Assembly: GCA_965203805.1 (NCBI GenBank)
Contig: OZ241917.1
Location: 4,928,001 to 4,992,000, forward strand
From: Candidatus Latescibacterota bacterium
GTDB taxonomy: Bacteria; Latescibacterota; UBA2968; GCA-2709665
Reading direction: 5' to 3'
Length of the DNA: 64,000 bases
The position numbers and the translations under genes are program-made. Below are positions 39,211 through 49,041 of this stretch, in pieces (position 1 is the first letter of the stretch; every line of letters begins with the position of its first letter). The notes below the pieces were generated by a model. It searched no databases and was not told where the DNA came from. It saw nothing but the letters and a program-made list of their open reading frames with translations.

Positions 39211-40683
39211 CTAGACTCGCCGTCCTCCGGCGAATCCACTGTATTCGTCCAGGAACCACTCGGCCTGCTTTGTCATGAAGACGCCGATCTCATCGCCCTT
39301 GAAGACGAAAGATATCATGAGCCTCCCCAGGTAGAAGTCCGTGATGCAGACTTCCATGTTGAACGTCTGTCCGTCTATCCACGCGGCAGAGGCCAGGCAC
39401 TCGTACTCCATACCGGGGATCTGGCCGATCTGTTCGCCGAAGTAGTTGCGTTGCGGGAACTTGCCGGGCAGTACGCGCCCGATGCCGAAACGCAGCACAT
39501 TGTCGCCCTGACCGTTGGTGTACTCCCAGGCGCCCTCGTCGCCCTCGAAGGACAGACGCATCCGCGTGATCCCCATCGGGTTGTCTTCCAGGATGTACCG
39601 CGCCCCGTTGACTTCCGATGCCGGTCGCGCGTGGGCGTTCCCCGGAATCGGCAGGACTTCCAGGCGTTCGATCCGGCTGGCAAGTGCCGCAACGGCGTCG
39701 CGGTCTTCGGGAAGCGGCGCGTCTGAAAGGTGGCCGTAGAGTTCCTCGCGCATCACGGCGGGAATGGCGCTGCCGGCTGCCGCGCCCTGCGTGTCGGCGA
39801 TGCAAGTGAACACGAATTCTCTATCGGGAAAACAGATGGCATACTGACTGCCCATCCCGCGGAAGGAGAATCCGTTCTCTTCCTCGCGCCAGATCTGATA
39901 TCCGTACCCGCTGTTTCCCCGGATCGAGTTGTCGATCTGACAGGCGGTCGCGGCGCGCACGTACGCCTCCGGCAGAACCCTCTCGTCTCCCCATGCGCCG
40001 CCGTTCAAGCAGGCGAGTGCGACTCTGGCCAGGTCGCGGAGCGTGCAAATGACGCCCGATCCGCCCCACGACCCACCCTCGGGCGTGCGAATACACCATG
40101 CGTCGGCAGAAAATCCGATCCGGTCCAGAAATCCCGGGCGCATATAGTCCAGAAACGGCATGCCGGAAAGCCGCTCCACCGCGGCCGTAAGCACGACGGT
40201 CGCGGCGGTGTCGTACGCGAAAATCGTCCCGGGAGGATGCGAGGGAACCTGGTTGAAGAAGGTCCACACCCAGTCCGGATCGTTGCGCGCATAGGAGTTT
40301 CTCGAATGGGGGGTCGACATCGTCAGGAGGTCCCTGACAGTTGAGGCGGCAAGCCACGGATGAAGGTCTTCCGGCAGCCTGTCCGGGAAGGTTTCGGCGA
40401 CCCGATCGTCGAGGGTGAGTCTGCCCTCGTCGATCATCATCCCGACCGCCAGCGCGACGAAGCTCTTGCTGACCGAATACATCCGGTGCTTGTGCGCCGC
40501 CGACCATGGAGCCCAGTATCCCTCCGCCGCGATCCTGTTGTGACGCACCAGCAGAAAACCGTGCATGCAGATGCGCTCGGAGTCGATCCGGTGCAGGAAA
40601 TTCAGGATCGCCCGCGAGGGGATGCCCTGGCTCTCCGGTGACGCAGCCGCTGTAAAAAAATCCTCAGTTACCGATCGCGTCAT
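39211..40683 (-). CDS. Beta-lactamase-family serine hydrolase
   Basis: SPESQGI, YSVSKSF (SxxK), LLTM, FAYD, GYGYQIW. Confidence 0.9.
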   Translation of the reverse strand: MTRSVTEDFFTAAASPESQGIPSRAILNFLHRIDSERICMHGFLLVRHNRIAAEGYWAPWSAAHKHRMYSVSKSFVALAVGMMIDEGRLTLDDRVAETFPDRLPEDLHPWLAASTVRDLLTMSTPHSRNSYARNDPDWVWTFFNQVPSHPPGTIFAYDTAATVVLTAAVERLSGMPFLDYMRPGFLDRIGFSADAWCIRTPEGGSWGGSGVICTLRDLARVALACLNGGAWGDERVLPEAYVRAATACQIDNSIRGNSGYGYQIWREEENGFSFRGMGSQYAICFPDREFVFTCIADTQGAAAGSAIPAVMREELYGHLSDAPLPEDRDAVAALASRIERLEVLPIPGNAHARPASEVNGARYILEDNPMGITRMRLSFEGDEGAWEYTNGQGDNVLRFGIGRVLPGKFPQRNYFGEQIGQIPGMEYECLASAAWIDGQTFNMEVCITDFYLGRLMISFVFKGDEIGVFMTKQAEWFLDEYSGFAGGRRV

Positions 40684-41392
40684 CTCGCACGCGCCCTCCA
40701 TTAAAACGGTAGCCGACGCCCCGGACGGTCTCGACCATCTCGCTCGCGCCGCCCAGTTTCTCTCTCAACCGTCGGACATGGGTATCCACGGTCCGGCCGT
40801 AACCGGCGTAATCGTAACCCCACACCGTGTTCAGAAGTTCCTCCCGGGACTGCACGCGCCCCCTTCGCTCCGCCAGTGTAACCAGCAGACTGAATTCGGT
40901 GGAAGTCAATGCCAGTGCATCTTCGCCCACGGTTACCCGGTGAGCCGCCTGATCGATGGTGAGCGGCCCGAATCTCATCGTTTCCGGATCGGCCGTTCCC
41001 GTCGACGGGTCCCGCCGTTCCGTCAGCCGCCTCAGGATGGCCTGGACCCGAAGTACGAGTTCACGGGGCGAAAACGGCTTTACAACGTAGTCGTCCGCTC
41101 CCAGTTCAAGGCCTACGACGCGGTCCACCTCTTCGGCGCGGGCCGTCAGCATCAGAATCGGCAGTTTGCGGGTGGCCGCGTCCTGCTTCAGCAGCCTGCA
41201 CACTTCCAGCCCGTCTATTCCGGGCAGCATCAGGTCCAGGACCACCAGATCTGGAATCTCATTCCGAATGAGTTCGACGGCCGCCTCGCCGGTTTCGACC
41301 GCGACCACCTTAAAGCCTGCCTTTTCAAGGTTGTACGAGACGATCTCCCGAATATCAACTTCGTCTTCAACCAACAGAATTCTGCCTGTCAT
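40664..41392 (-). CDS. phoB: PhoB-like OmpR-family response regulator
   Basis: LLVEDE, LDLMLPG, GADDYVVKPFS, RTVDTHVRRLREKL, TVRGVGYRF. Confidence 0.9.
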   Translation of the reverse strand: MTGRILLVEDEVDIREIVSYNLEKAGFKVVAVETGEAAVELIRNEIPDLVVLDLMLPGIDGLEVCRLLKQDAATRKLPILMLTARAEEVDRVVGLELGADDYVVKPFSPRELVLRVQAILRRLTERRDPSTGTADPETMRFGPLTIDQAAHRVTVGEDALALTSTEFSLLVTLAERRGRVQSREELLNTVWGYDYAGYGRTVDTHVRRLREKLGGASEMVETVRGVGYRFNGGRVRDDAIGN

Positions 41393-41521
41393 GGATGTCC
41401 TCGCGTAAGCAACAGACCCGTCGCCCGGCCAGGGTTCGAGACGTCAACTCCTCTTCGAAACGTAATATACAAAAAGGAACGAAATGGGCAATGCCCCTGG
41501 CCCGGTATTGGACGACCGGAC

Positions 41522-41576
41522 AAAAAAACCGGATTGTCCATCACCCGGGAGATCGACGACACAGGAGGACAATCCG
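41522..41576 (-). terminator. Hairpin + T-tract downstream of the RNB gene
   Basis: CGGATTGTCC...GGACAATCCG followed by T7 on the minus strand. Confidence 0.5.
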
Positions 41577-41677
41577 AACAATCCGGAGAACGCATGATGT
41601 CATGGGTTCCGTCCCGGAAATCAGTTGCCTGATGGTGAGGTGTTTTCAGGACGGAACGATGTTCCGCGGAAAGTACA

Positions 41678-43642
41678 CTACGCGGGAGAAAAGGAGATGT
41701 CGCCCAGCCAGGGATCGCAGCGGCCCAGCCTCACGGCCAGGGTGTCTCCGGGCGCCGCTTTCGGGGGCGGTCTGATATCCGTCTGGAACGCGAAATCCAG
41801 TATCTCAACGTTCATCGTCCGATCGCGCGCTTCCAACGCAACCGCCTCGAAGACTTCGCCGATGCGACCCTGAAGGTACCGAAACAACCAGTAACGCTCC
41901 CGTCGCCGCTCGATGCGGATCAAGGTGCGCATCCGTTCCTCCGCTTCGAATACCACGCGCTGGATCTGCTCCTCGTCGTACGGCAACGGCCGATCCATCA
42001 GAAAAGCCGCCACCTGCCTTTGAACCGCCAGGTCCGTGTACCGCCTCAATGGCGATGAGGCCTGGCAGTACGCTTCCACGCCCAGGCCGCCGTGCAACTC
42101 CGGCGTCACGCTCATGGACGCGCGCCGCATTCGGCGCAACACCCGGTACCGGCGCAAAACTTCATTCTCCACGTCGCTGAATTCCGCGAGTTCCGGCGCG
42201 GTCTGGATCCGGTACACAACCGGAATGCCGCGGTCCCGGCAGAACCGCGCCATCGCAACGTTGGCCATCACCATCATCTCGCTCACGAGGAGGTTCGCCG
42301 GAGACCTGCCGTCCTGCATCGACACCTCGATCTTCCCGTCCGCCGTAATCCCGATGCGCCGGTTGGGATGGTCCACGTCGATCGCGCCGTTCTGCAGCCG
42401 TTCGATGCAGTGCCACTCCGCGACGGTGTGCAGTGCCGAAAATTCGTTGTGCAGGGAATGGGAGGGATCCTCCAGAATCCCGTCCACGGCTTCGTAGGAG
42501 AGTTTTTCGCGGCACTGTATCACCGAAGGGACGATATCAACGCATTCCACCGTCCCATCCGCCGTGACTTCGAACAACTCACTCAGCGCCAGCCGCGGAG
42601 CGCCCGGTCGAAGACTCCCCAGATCGCTGGAAACCCTCTCCGGAAACATGGGAATCTTCCGGTCAGGGAAGTATAGGCTGGTAACCCTTGCCGCAGCCTC
42701 CCGGTCCGGCTCCGAATCCAGGGGAACCAGACCCGCCACGTCGGTGATGTGCACGCCAACCTGCATGGACCTGTCGGCTCGTATCAGAACCGATACGCCG
42801 TCATCCATATCAGTGGTTGCGGCGTCGTCGATCGCGTAGACCGCCAGGTCCGTCAGGTCCCGACGACGGCCGTCGCCCGCCGGCGGAACCCGTCCCAATG
42901 CATCGGCCGCCTGGCTGACAACCGACGGGAAATCGACCGGCACCTCGGCCCGGATCAGGTCCAGATGTTCGTCCGGCCCCCATACGCCGTCCCGGACAAG
43001 CCGGTCAAAGACGGGGCGCACGTCCACCCTGGCGTCCGCCATGCGTTCCAACCACCCCGCGTGAACGCTCGTGTCGCCGCGCAACACGTAATCCTTGAGC
43101 CGATCGACCCATCCGCCGCGAAATTCCGGGGGATCCTCCCCGCATTCATGAAACCAGCGCTGAAACCGTGTCTTCTCCTCGAGCCGCTCGGCCTCACGTC
43201 TTGCAGCGGCCTGTCGTGCCTGAACCGCTTCCTCGCTCAGCGCGCGGTACCCGCCGCCGCGCTTTTCCGCATCGAAATAAAGGCTCTGTTCCAGGTGGAC
43301 CAGCAACGCGGCGCGTTGTTCCGGCGTCACGTCCCCTCCGAAATAGAGATCCGCCAACCCGTCCACGGTCCAGACATCCGCGTCGTCGCGCACCAGTTCC
43401 CACGTGTCCTCGAGGTCTAACCCCTCGCTTTCCGCCTGTGCGCGCGACATCCACGCGGCGGCGGCGGTCCAGTCAGCGGCCGTTTCACCGGTGCCAAGCA
43501 GCACGTTGCCGGCGGGGGTATTCACCGTTTCTTTGCGGCCCGTCGCAAAGCGCACCTTTCCGCCTTGCGCAGACAGGCACACGCCGGCCATCAACCGGTT
43601 TCGGTACCGGAAAAAAGCAATCTCGTTTTCCATTATCGCCAT
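41678..43642 (-). CDS. RNase II/R (RNB domain) exoribonuclease
   Basis: AIDDAATTDMDDG, VHITDV, SEMMVMAN, SSPLRRYTDL; start trimmed to avoid the ridA overlap. Confidence 0.92.
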   Translation of the reverse strand: MAIMENEIAFFRYRNRLMAGVCLSAQGGKVRFATGRKETVNTPAGNVLLGTGETAADWTAAAAWMSRAQAESEGLDLEDTWELVRDDADVWTVDGLADLYFGGDVTPEQRAALLVHLEQSLYFDAEKRGGGYRALSEEAVQARQAAARREAERLEEKTRFQRWFHECGEDPPEFRGGWVDRLKDYVLRGDTSVHAGWLERMADARVDVRPVFDRLVRDGVWGPDEHLDLIRAEVPVDFPSVVSQAADALGRVPPAGDGRRRDLTDLAVYAIDDAATTDMDDGVSVLIRADRSMQVGVHITDVAGLVPLDSEPDREAAARVTSLYFPDRKIPMFPERVSSDLGSLRPGAPRLALSELFEVTADGTVECVDIVPSVIQCREKLSYEAVDGILEDPSHSLHNEFSALHTVAEWHCIERLQNGAIDVDHPNRRIGITADGKIEVSMQDGRSPANLLVSEMMVMANVAMARFCRDRGIPVVYRIQTAPELAEFSDVENEVLRRYRVLRRMRRASMSVTPELHGGLGVEAYCQASSPLRRYTDLAVQRQVAAFLMDRPLPYDEEQIQRVVFEAEERMRTLIRIERRRERYWLFRYLQGRIGEVFEAVALEARDRTMNVEILDFAFQTDIRPPPKAAPGDTLAVRLGRCDPWLGDISFSPA

Positions 43643-43674
43643 AGCCAATGTACGCCCGGTCCTCCGGTTTACGG

Positions 43675-44058
43675 TTATTGCTGCGGCTTTCTGGCGACCA
43701 CGTCGATTTCCACCAGGATGTCCGGCAGTACGGACTGCACCGTTGTCCTGGCCGGCCGGACGCCCGTGAAGAACCCGGAATACACCCCGTTGAATGCCGC
43801 GAAATCGCCGATATCCGCAAGATGGCAGGTCGATTTGACCACGTCGTCCATCGTACAGCCCGCTTCCTGCAAGACCTTGCGGATATGCTCCAACGTGACG
43901 CGGGTCTGTGCCTCTATATCGTCGCCGATCACCTCGCCGGTGGTCATATCCAGCGCCGCATGCCCGCTCACGTAGACCCATCCGTCCACTTCGACCGCCG
44001 CCGAGTACGCCCCCGTATCCACCTGTTTGTCGGGGTGTCTGATCTCCCGCTTTCCCAT
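43675..44058 (-). CDS. RidA/YjgF family protein
   Basis: GAYSAAV, VYVSG, FNGVYSGFF..RPARTTV, LVEID. Confidence 0.92.
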   Translation of the reverse strand: MGKREIRHPDKQVDTGAYSAAVEVDGWVYVSGHAALDMTTGEVIGDDIEAQTRVTLEHIRKVLQEAGCTMDDVVKSTCHLADIGDFAAFNGVYSGFFTGVRPARTTVQSVLPDILVEIDVVARKPQQ

Positions 44059-44379
44059 CGTACGTCCTCCCATGGATAGAGCCTTCCTGTATCGTTTGTC
44101 GCGTCAATATAGCGAATTCCGGGAAACCGATCCAGCGGGTTCTGTTCATTGGGCCAATGCCCCGATGCGCCTTGCATTCCGCCGCCCGGGGGTTTATCTT
44201 CTCCGCAATCTGCAGTCTTGCGGTCGTGTCCGCCAGGTTTCGATTTGCCAGGCGGGACGCCGCCCGCGATACCGCGGAGTCGGAAAGCGATCGTTTTCGG
44301 CGTCAGATGTCCCGTTGCCCCGTCCCCGCGGCGCATGCCCCCGCCCGCCGGGGCAGGACGGGCATCCGGCATTGAGGAG

Positions 44380-46377
44380 ATGCACGACGTGGCTACCGTT
44401 GCAGATCAGATCTCGGAGTCCGTACCCGACGTCCGCCTCGCGGAGTCCCGGCATGTACACACGCCATGGACCCTGGCCAACTATTCCACCGTGACGGCAT
44501 GGAAAGCCCGCGCCGCACGAATACGCCGACATCTCCTCGCTGTCACGGGCTTATTCCCGTTGCCCGAGAAGAGTCCCCTCAATCCACGTGTGTTCGGACG
44601 CCTGGAACGCGCGGGTTACGCCGTGGAGAAGGTCTTCTTCGAGTCTCTACCCGGTTTTCTGGTGTGTGGCAACCTCTATAGCCCGTTGGGTGCGGGACCT
44701 CACCCGGGCATTGCCTGCCCGCACGGCCACTGTCGCCGCGGTCGCCTTGAGAACGACGACACAACATTCGGTTCCATACCCGGTCGCTGCATCAACCTGG
44801 CCCGTCGCGGACATGTTGTCTTTTCGTACGACATGGCGGGGTATAACGACAGCAGCCAGATCGACCATCGGAATTTCGGCGGACGTACCGAAGACCTCTG
44901 GGGAATCGGCGTCCTGGGCCTGCAGCTGTGGAACAGCATCCGCGTCATCGACTTTCTGCAGTCCCTTCCTTGCGTGGACCCGGACCGGATCGGCTGCACC
45001 GGCGCGTCGGGCGGCGGGACGCAGACGTTTTTGCTTGCCGCCGTGGACGATCGGGTCAGGGTGGCGGCGCCGGTGAATATGATCTCGGCCCACATGCAGG
45101 GCGGATGCAATTGCGAGAACCAGGCCCATCTCCGCCTGGACGTCAACAACGTGGAGATCGCGGCAGCCATGGCGCCGCGCCCGCTCTTTCTCGTTTCCGC
45201 GTCCGGCGACTGGACATGCAACACGCCCGAGCTCGAATATCCCGCAATCCGGGAAATCTACAGCCTGTTCGGAGCCGCCGACAGAATCGATACGGCGCAG
45301 GTCGACGCGGGACACAACTATAACCGCGAAAGCCGTGAATACGTCTACAGATGGTTCGGGAAGTGGCTGCTTGGCAGGAACGAACCGTTGAGGGAACGGG
45401 CCTTTGCAGTGGAACCGGACGAGGATCTGCTGGTTTTCCATAACCGGAAGCCGCCTGCTCACGCACTGGACTCGAACGGGCTCACGAATTTCCTGATCGC
45501 CCGCTCCGAGTCGCGCCTGAGAGATGTGCTGCCTGATAGCGCTGCCTCCCTCCGCCGGTTCAGAAAGCGGATGGGGCCGGCGCTGCGGCACGCACTCGCC
45601 GCCAGGTTTCCTGCGGCGACTGTTGCGAGAGACATGGGGCGTACCAGAAGCCGGCGGCACGTCGTCCAACGGCTGCTGATAGGCCGGCCGGAGGGCGGGG
45701 ACCGTATTCCGGCGCGCCTGTTTCTGCCGAGAAACGGTGAGGAAGAGTCGCCGTGCACGCTACTGGTGCACCCGGGGGGCATCGACGCCCTCTCCGACCC
45801 CGAAAACGGCGCGCCCGGCCCCGCAGTGGCCGACCTGCTGCGCCGCGGTCAACGGGTCCTGACCGTCAGCCCGTTCCTCGTCGGAGGATCCCCTTCAAAC
45901 ACCGGTTGCCGGGACACCGGCGTGCCGCACTTCCACACCTACAATCCCAGCAATGCGTCCTGCCGAATACAGGACATTCTCACAGCCCTGGCTTTTCTGC
46001 AGTCCCGCGCCGACGTCACGACTTGCCACCTGGCGGGCGTGGGCGCCGCCGGTCTGTGGTGTCTCTTTGCCCGTGCCCTTGCGCACGATGTCGGCCATAC
46101 CATTGTAGACGCAAACCGGTTCCGGATCGGCAACGACGCGCAATGGACCGAACACCTCTACATCCCGGCCGTCCGCGCCGCGGGAGACCTTCGTACGGCC
46201 GGCGCGCTGATCGCCCCCTCGCCGCTCTACGTACACAATGCGGGCGCGGACTTCCCCGCCGACGAGATGCGCGCGTGTTACCGAGCCGCGGGAGCCCCTG
46301 CCGCCATCGCCATTTCACGCAGGCGTGTCAACCGCGCCGCGTTGTACGACTGGCTTACGCATGTCCGATCACGGTAA
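44380..46377 (+). CDS. Alpha/beta hydrolase (acetylxylan-esterase-like, two-domain)
   Basis: CPHGH, GCTGASGGGTQT nucleophile elbow, HNYN; second degenerate hydrolase domain. Confidence 0.85.
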   Translation: MHDVATVADQISESVPDVRLAESRHVHTPWTLANYSTVTAWKARAARIRRHLLAVTGLFPLPEKSPLNPRVFGRLERAGYAVEKVFFESLPGFLVCGNLYSPLGAGPHPGIACPHGHCRRGRLENDDTTFGSIPGRCINLARRGHVVFSYDMAGYNDSSQIDHRNFGGRTEDLWGIGVLGLQLWNSIRVIDFLQSLPCVDPDRIGCTGASGGGTQTFLLAAVDDRVRVAAPVNMISAHMQGGCNCENQAHLRLDVNNVEIAAAMAPRPLFLVSASGDWTCNTPELEYPAIREIYSLFGAADRIDTAQVDAGHNYNRESREYVYRWFGKWLLGRNEPLRERAFAVEPDEDLLVFHNRKPPAHALDSNGLTNFLIARSESRLRDVLPDSAASLRRFRKRMGPALRHALAARFPAATVARDMGRTRSRRHVVQRLLIGRPEGGDRIPARLFLPRNGEEESPCTLLVHPGGIDALSDPENGAPGPAVADLLRRGQRVLTVSPFLVGGSPSNTGCRDTGVPHFHTYNPSNASCRIQDILTALAFLQSRADVTTCHLAGVGAAGLWCLFARALAHDVGHTIVDANRFRIGNDAQWTEHLYIPAVRAAGDLRTAGALIAPSPLYVHNAGADFPADEMRACYRAAGAPAAIAISRRRVNRAALYDWLTHVRSR

Positions 46378-46393
46378 AGCCATGGACGCCTGA

Positions 46394-47704
46394 ATGAAGA
46401 TCGCCCACATTTCCGACTTTCATCTCCGCCATCATCTGCCCGGCACCTCGACCATATCCAGACGGCTGAGCCGGCATATGCCGGACCTGATATCGCAGGC
46501 GGTGGAACGTATTCGCGCGGAATCTCCGGACCTGACGGTTGTAACCGGCGATCTTGTCGACCACCCCTTTTACGGGATGCACGACCGCGAGCTGATCACC
46601 CTCGGGGTTAAGGACCTCCGTCTCGTCCGGGAATGTTTCGCGGCGCTGACCTGTCCGGTCGCGTTCCTGTACGGCAACCACGACCATCCCGGATCCTTTC
46701 ACCGGGTCTACGGCGACCTGCCCGCGGAGTTTGAGGTTGCCGGCCATCGCGTCCTGATCTTTTTCGACGACGAAGTGGACGACCACTTTCCCCAGCGGAT
46801 GGGTGCGCAGCGCGAACGGTTTCTCGCCGCGCTGAACGACGACGACCCGCGGCCTCAGATCCATCTCCAGCACTATCTCGTCGCGCCCGTCCGCGTGCGC
46901 GGCTATCCTCACGCGTACCGGGAGGCCGAAAGCCTCAAGGCCGCCCTTGTGGCGGACAGCAGGGTCCGCCTCGTGCTTTGCGGGCACTATCACAAGGGAG
47001 ACACCCTGTTCAACGAAGGCCACGTGTACTTCGGCAATGCGCCTGCGTTCGGGGAGCCCCCACATCCGTTTCGCATCTACAATGTAGACGACGCGGGCGT
47101 CACGCAGACCGAATTCCATCTCCGCCCGACAAACGCGCCAAAGCGCCGTGCGGTGTTCCTCGACCGGGACGGCACGATCAACCCGCAACCGGCCTATCGT
47201 ACCGGTCCCGAGGAATTCAGCCTGCTGCCCGGCGCCGCGGAAGCACTATCGAAATTGAAGCGCGCCGGTTATGTCCTCGTGGTTGTCTCGAACCAGACCG
47301 CCGTCGGCCAGGGTTACGTGACCACCGAGACCGTCGGCGCCGTCAATGATCGCATGGCATCGCTGCTTTGGCTATCGGGCGTGGAACTGGATGGCGTCTA
47401 CTGCCGCTATCACAGCCCGGGCGCGGTGTTGCCGGAACATCGTACCGATCAGCCGGAAACCAAGCCCAGCCCCGCGATGCTCTATGCCGCCGCCGAAGAC
47501 CTGAATCTCGACCTTTCCACGTCTTTCATGGTGGGCGACCGGAAAACCGACGTGGACGCCGGGAAAAACGCCGGCTGCCGCGCGTCCATCCTGGTGAAGA
47601 CTGGTGGCGGTCCGGAGGCGCTGGCAAAGATGCCCCCCGGTGACGCGGACTTCGTTGCCGAGGACCTCGGCAACGCCGCGGACTGGATTCTGGAGCAGAA
47701 ATGA
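46394..47704 (+). CDS. Metallophosphoesterase fused to GmhB-like HAD-IIIA phosphatase
   Basis: HISDFH, TGDLVD, GNHD, GHYH; then FLDRDGTIN, VVSNQ, KPSPAM, MVGDRKTDV. Confidence 0.9.
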   Translation: MKIAHISDFHLRHHLPGTSTISRRLSRHMPDLISQAVERIRAESPDLTVVTGDLVDHPFYGMHDRELITLGVKDLRLVRECFAALTCPVAFLYGNHDHPGSFHRVYGDLPAEFEVAGHRVLIFFDDEVDDHFPQRMGAQRERFLAALNDDDPRPQIHLQHYLVAPVRVRGYPHAYREAESLKAALVADSRVRLVLCGHYHKGDTLFNEGHVYFGNAPAFGEPPHPFRIYNVDDAGVTQTEFHLRPTNAPKRRAVFLDRDGTINPQPAYRTGPEEFSLLPGAAEALSKLKRAGYVLVVVSNQTAVGQGYVTTETVGAVNDRMASLLWLSGVELDGVYCRYHSPGAVLPEHRTDQPETKPSPAMLYAAAEDLNLDLSTSFMVGDRKTDVDAGKNAGCRASILVKTGGGPEALAKMPPGDADFVAEDLGNAADWILEQK

Positions 47705-48327
47705 TGGCGGCAATCCGCGCCCGAGCGCTATTTTGGGTTCTGATCCCGGCGGCCGCGGTGGCCGGGATCATCGCCGTCGTCCTCACCGGGTATGCGCGGG
47801 ACCTGGACCGCCTCATCGGCGACGGTCCGGAAAGCGCCGCGGCTGCCGGTCTCCCGCCCATCCTGCACAGGGTCGCGGACTCGCTGTCCGCGGCCGATCT
47901 GGCGGGTCTTCTCGCCCGACAATTCGTTACCGCGGATCACACGGATCTTCCAAGTGGATTCAAACGGACCGGTTACGCCTTTCTGATGGCCCGGAAATAC
48001 GAAAAAGAAAGCCTGCTGGCTTTCTTTTTCGACCGGACTCCGTTCCCTTTTCCTCGAAAACCCCCCGTGCGGGGCTTCGAGGGAGCCGCGCGGGCTTACT
48101 TCGGCGTACCTCCGGGCCGGATGACCGCGGGCGAAGCCATCCTGCTATTCCATATTGCCCTCTCTTCCGATGCGCCGGTGCCGGTGTCCGACCCGGAACG
48201 CGCGATCGAACTGCGAAACCTCCTCCTGCTGGATCTGGTGAAAAGCGGACTGATTTCCCGGGCACGATACCGTTCCGAATCCGGGCGGCCGCTCATCCTC
48301 TCCGGAAGCCACCCGTCCGTGTGGTGA
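47701..48327 (+). CDS. Membrane-anchored, degenerate GT51 transglycosylase-like protein
   Basis: GFEGAARAYFG..PGRMTAGEAILL and RNLLL..LVKSGLIS match the GT51 C-half; no EDxxFxxHxG. Confidence 0.6.
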   Translation: MMAAIRARALFWVLIPAAAVAGIIAVVLTGYARDLDRLIGDGPESAAAAGLPPILHRVADSLSAADLAGLLARQFVTADHTDLPSGFKRTGYAFLMARKYEKESLLAFFFDRTPFPFPRKPPVRGFEGAARAYFGVPPGRMTAGEAILLFHIALSSDAPVPVSDPERAIELRNLLLLDLVKSGLISRARYRSESGRPLILSGSHPSVW

Positions 48328-49041
48328 CGGGCCGGATGGGCAAAGAGTCGGGCCGCAATCGCGGTCCGTCCGACGGGTAGCGCGGACAAAAAATCCGGGC
48401 CTCTATCCGAGACTCGGCCTGCCGGGAGGGACATGCAGGCAGAGCGCGTGACAGAGGCCCGCGTCCTGAATCACTTATGATATATATCCGATTTAACACG
48501 CCGAGTCAATACCCTCTCCTCACTTTTTCGCGACCGATAGCGGAGATCGGAATCCATACACACAAGTGTGTGGACCGTTGAGCCGGATGTGGTCCGAGGA
48601 TTTGTCCATTTGCTCCAATCCAGAGCCGTCTTCGCTGCGGTTTTGCGGCCCGCCTGAACGCGCCTTGAATCCTGCCGATTGAACAGAACGACCCCTACTG
48701 TCATTGCAGACAGAAACCGCGACACCGGTATGCGAAGTCCGGAAACAGGGTCTCCAACGGCTGCTTTATTCAACGTATCCATCTGCAGTTCAGGCTCTTC
48801 AATCGGCCTTATGCATCCTCATGTTTCCCGGTCTGTCGTGCTTTCGTCTGGATGGATCGCACCACTCGCACCGGGTTTTCAAACAGAAAGACGGAGATTT
48901 TTGCCAAAAAAGATCGTAGATCTACTATAACTTCTCGTATATTATTGCCACGTAGGCGTTTCGGCACCTATTGAGCACAAGGGTGGTAGCCGCGTCCTGG
49001 CGTTTCCGGTGCAGTCGATGAAAATGGAGGTGTTATCCCCG

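Noticed and set aside
43643-44149. N-terminal extensions of RNB (also thyA, porin, esterase, DUF3800) in the ORF track
   Set aside because: They overlap neighbouring genes or repeats; downstream ATGs with RBS or a family-typical start fit better.
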